Below, one piece after another: positions 62,349 through 64,000 of a stretch of DNA of 64,000 bases. The notes beneath the pieces were generated by a model. The model was not told the origin of the DNA and did not search any database. It saw nothing but the letters and a program-made list of their open reading frames with translations. Origin of the DNA: Candidatus Cloacimonadota bacterium (GTDB taxonomy: Bacteria; Cloacimonadota; Cloacimonadia; Cloacimonadales; Cloacimonadaceae). The stretch lies in assembly GCA_023228125.1 (NCBI GenBank), contig JALOBT010000006.1:7005-71004 (forward strand), given 5' to 3'. The translations under genes were made by a program, and so were the position numbers. Position 1 is the stretch's first letter, and every line of letters begins with the position of its first letter.

Positions 62349-64000
62349 TTACTTTTTCAGGTGTTCATGCAGAAAGTCGTGATACTCTTTATTATTAAAA
62401 ACCAGCTCATCATGGCTTGCCTTATGCGCTCGGCCTGTGGCATCTATAAAGAGCACGGTATCCACATAACGCAAGGTGGAAAGCCGGTGTGAGATCACGA
62501 TGGCGGCGGTATGCGGATAATCACGGTTGATATCATGCCAGAGCTTTTCCTCGTTTTCGGCATCCAGGGAGGCTGTGATATCGTCCAAAATCAAGAGCTT
62601 CGGACGTTTGATCAAAGCACGGGCTATGGTGATGCGCTGCTTTTGTCCGCCGGATACTCCCAAACCCCTTTGGCCTACGGTAGTCTCATCCTTGAGGGGA
62701 AAAGCCGCAATCTCATCCTTCATCTGGGAAGCGGCAAGCGCGAGGCGGTATTCCTCTTCTGAGGCTTTGTCATTGGCCAGCATGATGTTTGATTTGATGC
62801 TGCCGCTAAACAGGGATGGCTCCTGTGGCACATAAGCCACCATCTGACGCAGGCTTTTGATATTGATATCTTCCAGGTCTTGAGAGCTGATGGTAATCTT
62901 GCCACTATCCGGCTTGATCAAGCCCAGGATCAGATTGGCAATGGTGGTCTTACCGCTGCCTGTGGCACCCAAAATCAGCATCTTTTCGGAGGATCCAAGC
63001 TGGAAGGTGACATTTTGAAGCACCTTGTGATCCTTTTCGGGATAGCTGCAATTCACCTGTTCAAAAGCAAGGCCGCTAAAGGCTGCTATATCTTTGCCGT
63101 GCTCATCTTCCTTATTAAAAGTAGGATGGTATTTCATCTCTTGCAGGCGGTCTATATTCACAAAGGCCTGTTTGCCGGAAACAAAGAGCTGGGGCAGATC
63201 CAAAAGCGGATAGATCATCATGGAAAGATAGGTGTAAAACAGGAAGAAGGTGCCCACTGTGATCTGCCCTTTCACCGCCATATAGCCGCCAAAGAGGATC
63301 ACTCCGATCTGGGCAAAATAGTCGATATACTGATAGATGAGGCTGAGGACAGCATTCAGCTTTACCACGCTCATCTCGGTCTTGAAGCGCTTGGCCAGGG
63401 CGATATCAAAGAAGCGGTTGTACTTCTCTTCACTCACGTAGGACTTCACGATCCTGATGCCGGAAAAGCTCATTTCAAGCTGGTTATTGATATTTGAGAT
63501 CGCCCTTTGATTGCGCGCAAAATTCGTATAGAGCTTCTCCGATGTAAAGTAAAAGACCACCATCATCAAAGGCAGCGGAGCTATGGAGAGCAGAGTGAGC
63601 CTTACATTAATGCTAAACATCACGAGCAGCGAAAACACAATCAGCGAGAATGAATTGAAGGCTCGGAAGATGCCGCTACCCATAAACCAGCTAATCTTGG
63701 GAAACTCCGAAATATCGTCTGTGAGGCGGGTTACCACATCACCCGTGCGGAATTTCTGGAAGAAGCGATAATCTTTCTTGGTGATATGTTTGAAATACTG
63801 CATCCTTATAGTATGCTCAAAGCGCAGATTTACCCAAGCCCGGAAACAGGGATAGAATCCGGTGAGAAACTGTGCTGCTCCGATCACCAAAAAGAGCATG
63901 ATGACCCGGTTTACTTCCACCATCGGAGTGGGGTAGAGCTCCGGCTTGGCGAGGATATCTGTGAGCAGATCGATCATGCGTTTGAAGGCGTAAGGATAAG
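62349..64000 (-). CDS. ABC exporter, fused permease/ATPase (MsbA/lipid-multidrug type); N-terminus beyond the right edge of the window
   Basis: Walker A GATGSGKTT, signature VSGGQKQRITIARAL, Walker B LILDDITASLD. The reading frame stays open upstream of the Met at 63977 to the window end (..YPYAFKRMIDLL). Confidence 0.85.
   Translation of the reverse strand, partial: YPYAFKRMIDLLTDILAKPELYPTPMVEVNRVIMLFLVIGAAQFLTGFYPCFRAWVNLRFEHTIRMQYFKHITKKDYRFFQKFRTGDVVTRLTDDISEFPKISWFMGSGIFRAFNSFSLIVFSLLVMFSINVRLTLLSIAPLPLMMVVFYFTSEKLYTNFARNQRAISNINNQLEMSFSGIRIVKSYVSEEKYNRFFDIALAKRFKTEMSVVKLNAVLSLIYQYIDYFAQIGVILFGGYMAVKGQITVGTFFLFYTYLSMMIYPLLDLPQLFVSGKQAFVNIDRLQEMKYHPTFNKEDEHGKDIAAFSGLAFEQVNCSYPEKDHKVLQNVTFQLGSSEKMLILGATGSGKTTIANLILGLIKPDSGKITISSQDLEDINIKSLRQMVAYVPQEPSLFSGSIKSNIMLANDKASEEEYRLALAASQMKDEIAAFPLKDETTVGQRGLGVSGGQKQRITIARALIKRPKLLILDDITASLDAENEEKLWHDINRDYPHTAAIVISHRLSTLRYVDTVLFIDATGRAHKASHDELVFNNKEYHDFLHEHLKK

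Overview
This is a 64-kb, densely coding chromosomal window with about 58 protein genes and one tRNA. I saw no rRNA, CRISPR array, transposase, integrase or recognisable defence gene. The gene content suggests an uncultivated anaerobic amino-acid or butyrate fermenter of the FCB superphylum, possibly Cloacimonadota-like. That guess is low confidence. It rests on two T9SS-type C-terminal sorting domains, a Bacteroidota-style V-ATPase operon containing DUF2764, and thiolase, butyrate kinase and glutamate dehydrogenase genes.

Gene order, left to right:
- partial thiolase, then manA
- an MBOAT gene with two SGNH genes (an O-acetylation module), then transketolase
- small hypotheticals, including a DUF1292 protein
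- a stand-alone butyrate kinase
- a clostripain-like (C11) protease with a T9SS C-terminal domain
- an intergenic cluster of four DnaA boxes, then a TrmH-family methyltransferase
- a roughly 18-kb, 15-gene, single-strand Wzx/Wzy-type exopolysaccharide locus (13.96-31.7 kb)
- a YD-repeat-like secreted protein and a CtlX-like amidinotransferase
- TolC-MacA-MacB efflux genes, then gdhA
- a GH133/GT/GH57 glycogen cluster
- an orphan NtrC-type response regulator, a YbbR-like gene and tsaD
- a DUF3473-type polysaccharide deacetylase and a methyltransferase
- a C45-like secreted protein with a T9SS C-terminal domain
- tRNA-Gly(CCC) and a solute-binding protein
- a roughly 2.1-kb poorly coding, structure-rich stretch (52.6-54.8 kb)
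- the V-ATPase operon E-DUF2764-A-B-D-I-K
- a truncated ABC exporter

Most unusual observations:
1. Inside the EPS locus there is a three-domain apparent pseudoenzyme (degenerate NTP-transferase, hexapeptide repeats and a degenerate phosphoglycosyl-transferase domain). It sits beside a STAS anti-sigma antagonist and the real priming transferase. An alkaline-phosphatase-fold gene and a Pol-beta nucleotidyltransferase gene lie directly downstream of it in the operon.
2. Three perfect DnaA boxes and one near-perfect box lie within 108 bp, far from any dnaA gene.
3. The 52.6-54.8 kb stretch holds two orphan ORFs, twin palindromic operators, a 107-nt composite palindrome, a TIR-like element and a 9-bp x7 tandem repeat.
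4. A 68-nt hairpin-bearing intergenic repeat is present twice.

All functional calls come from reading motifs by eye. No database search was run.
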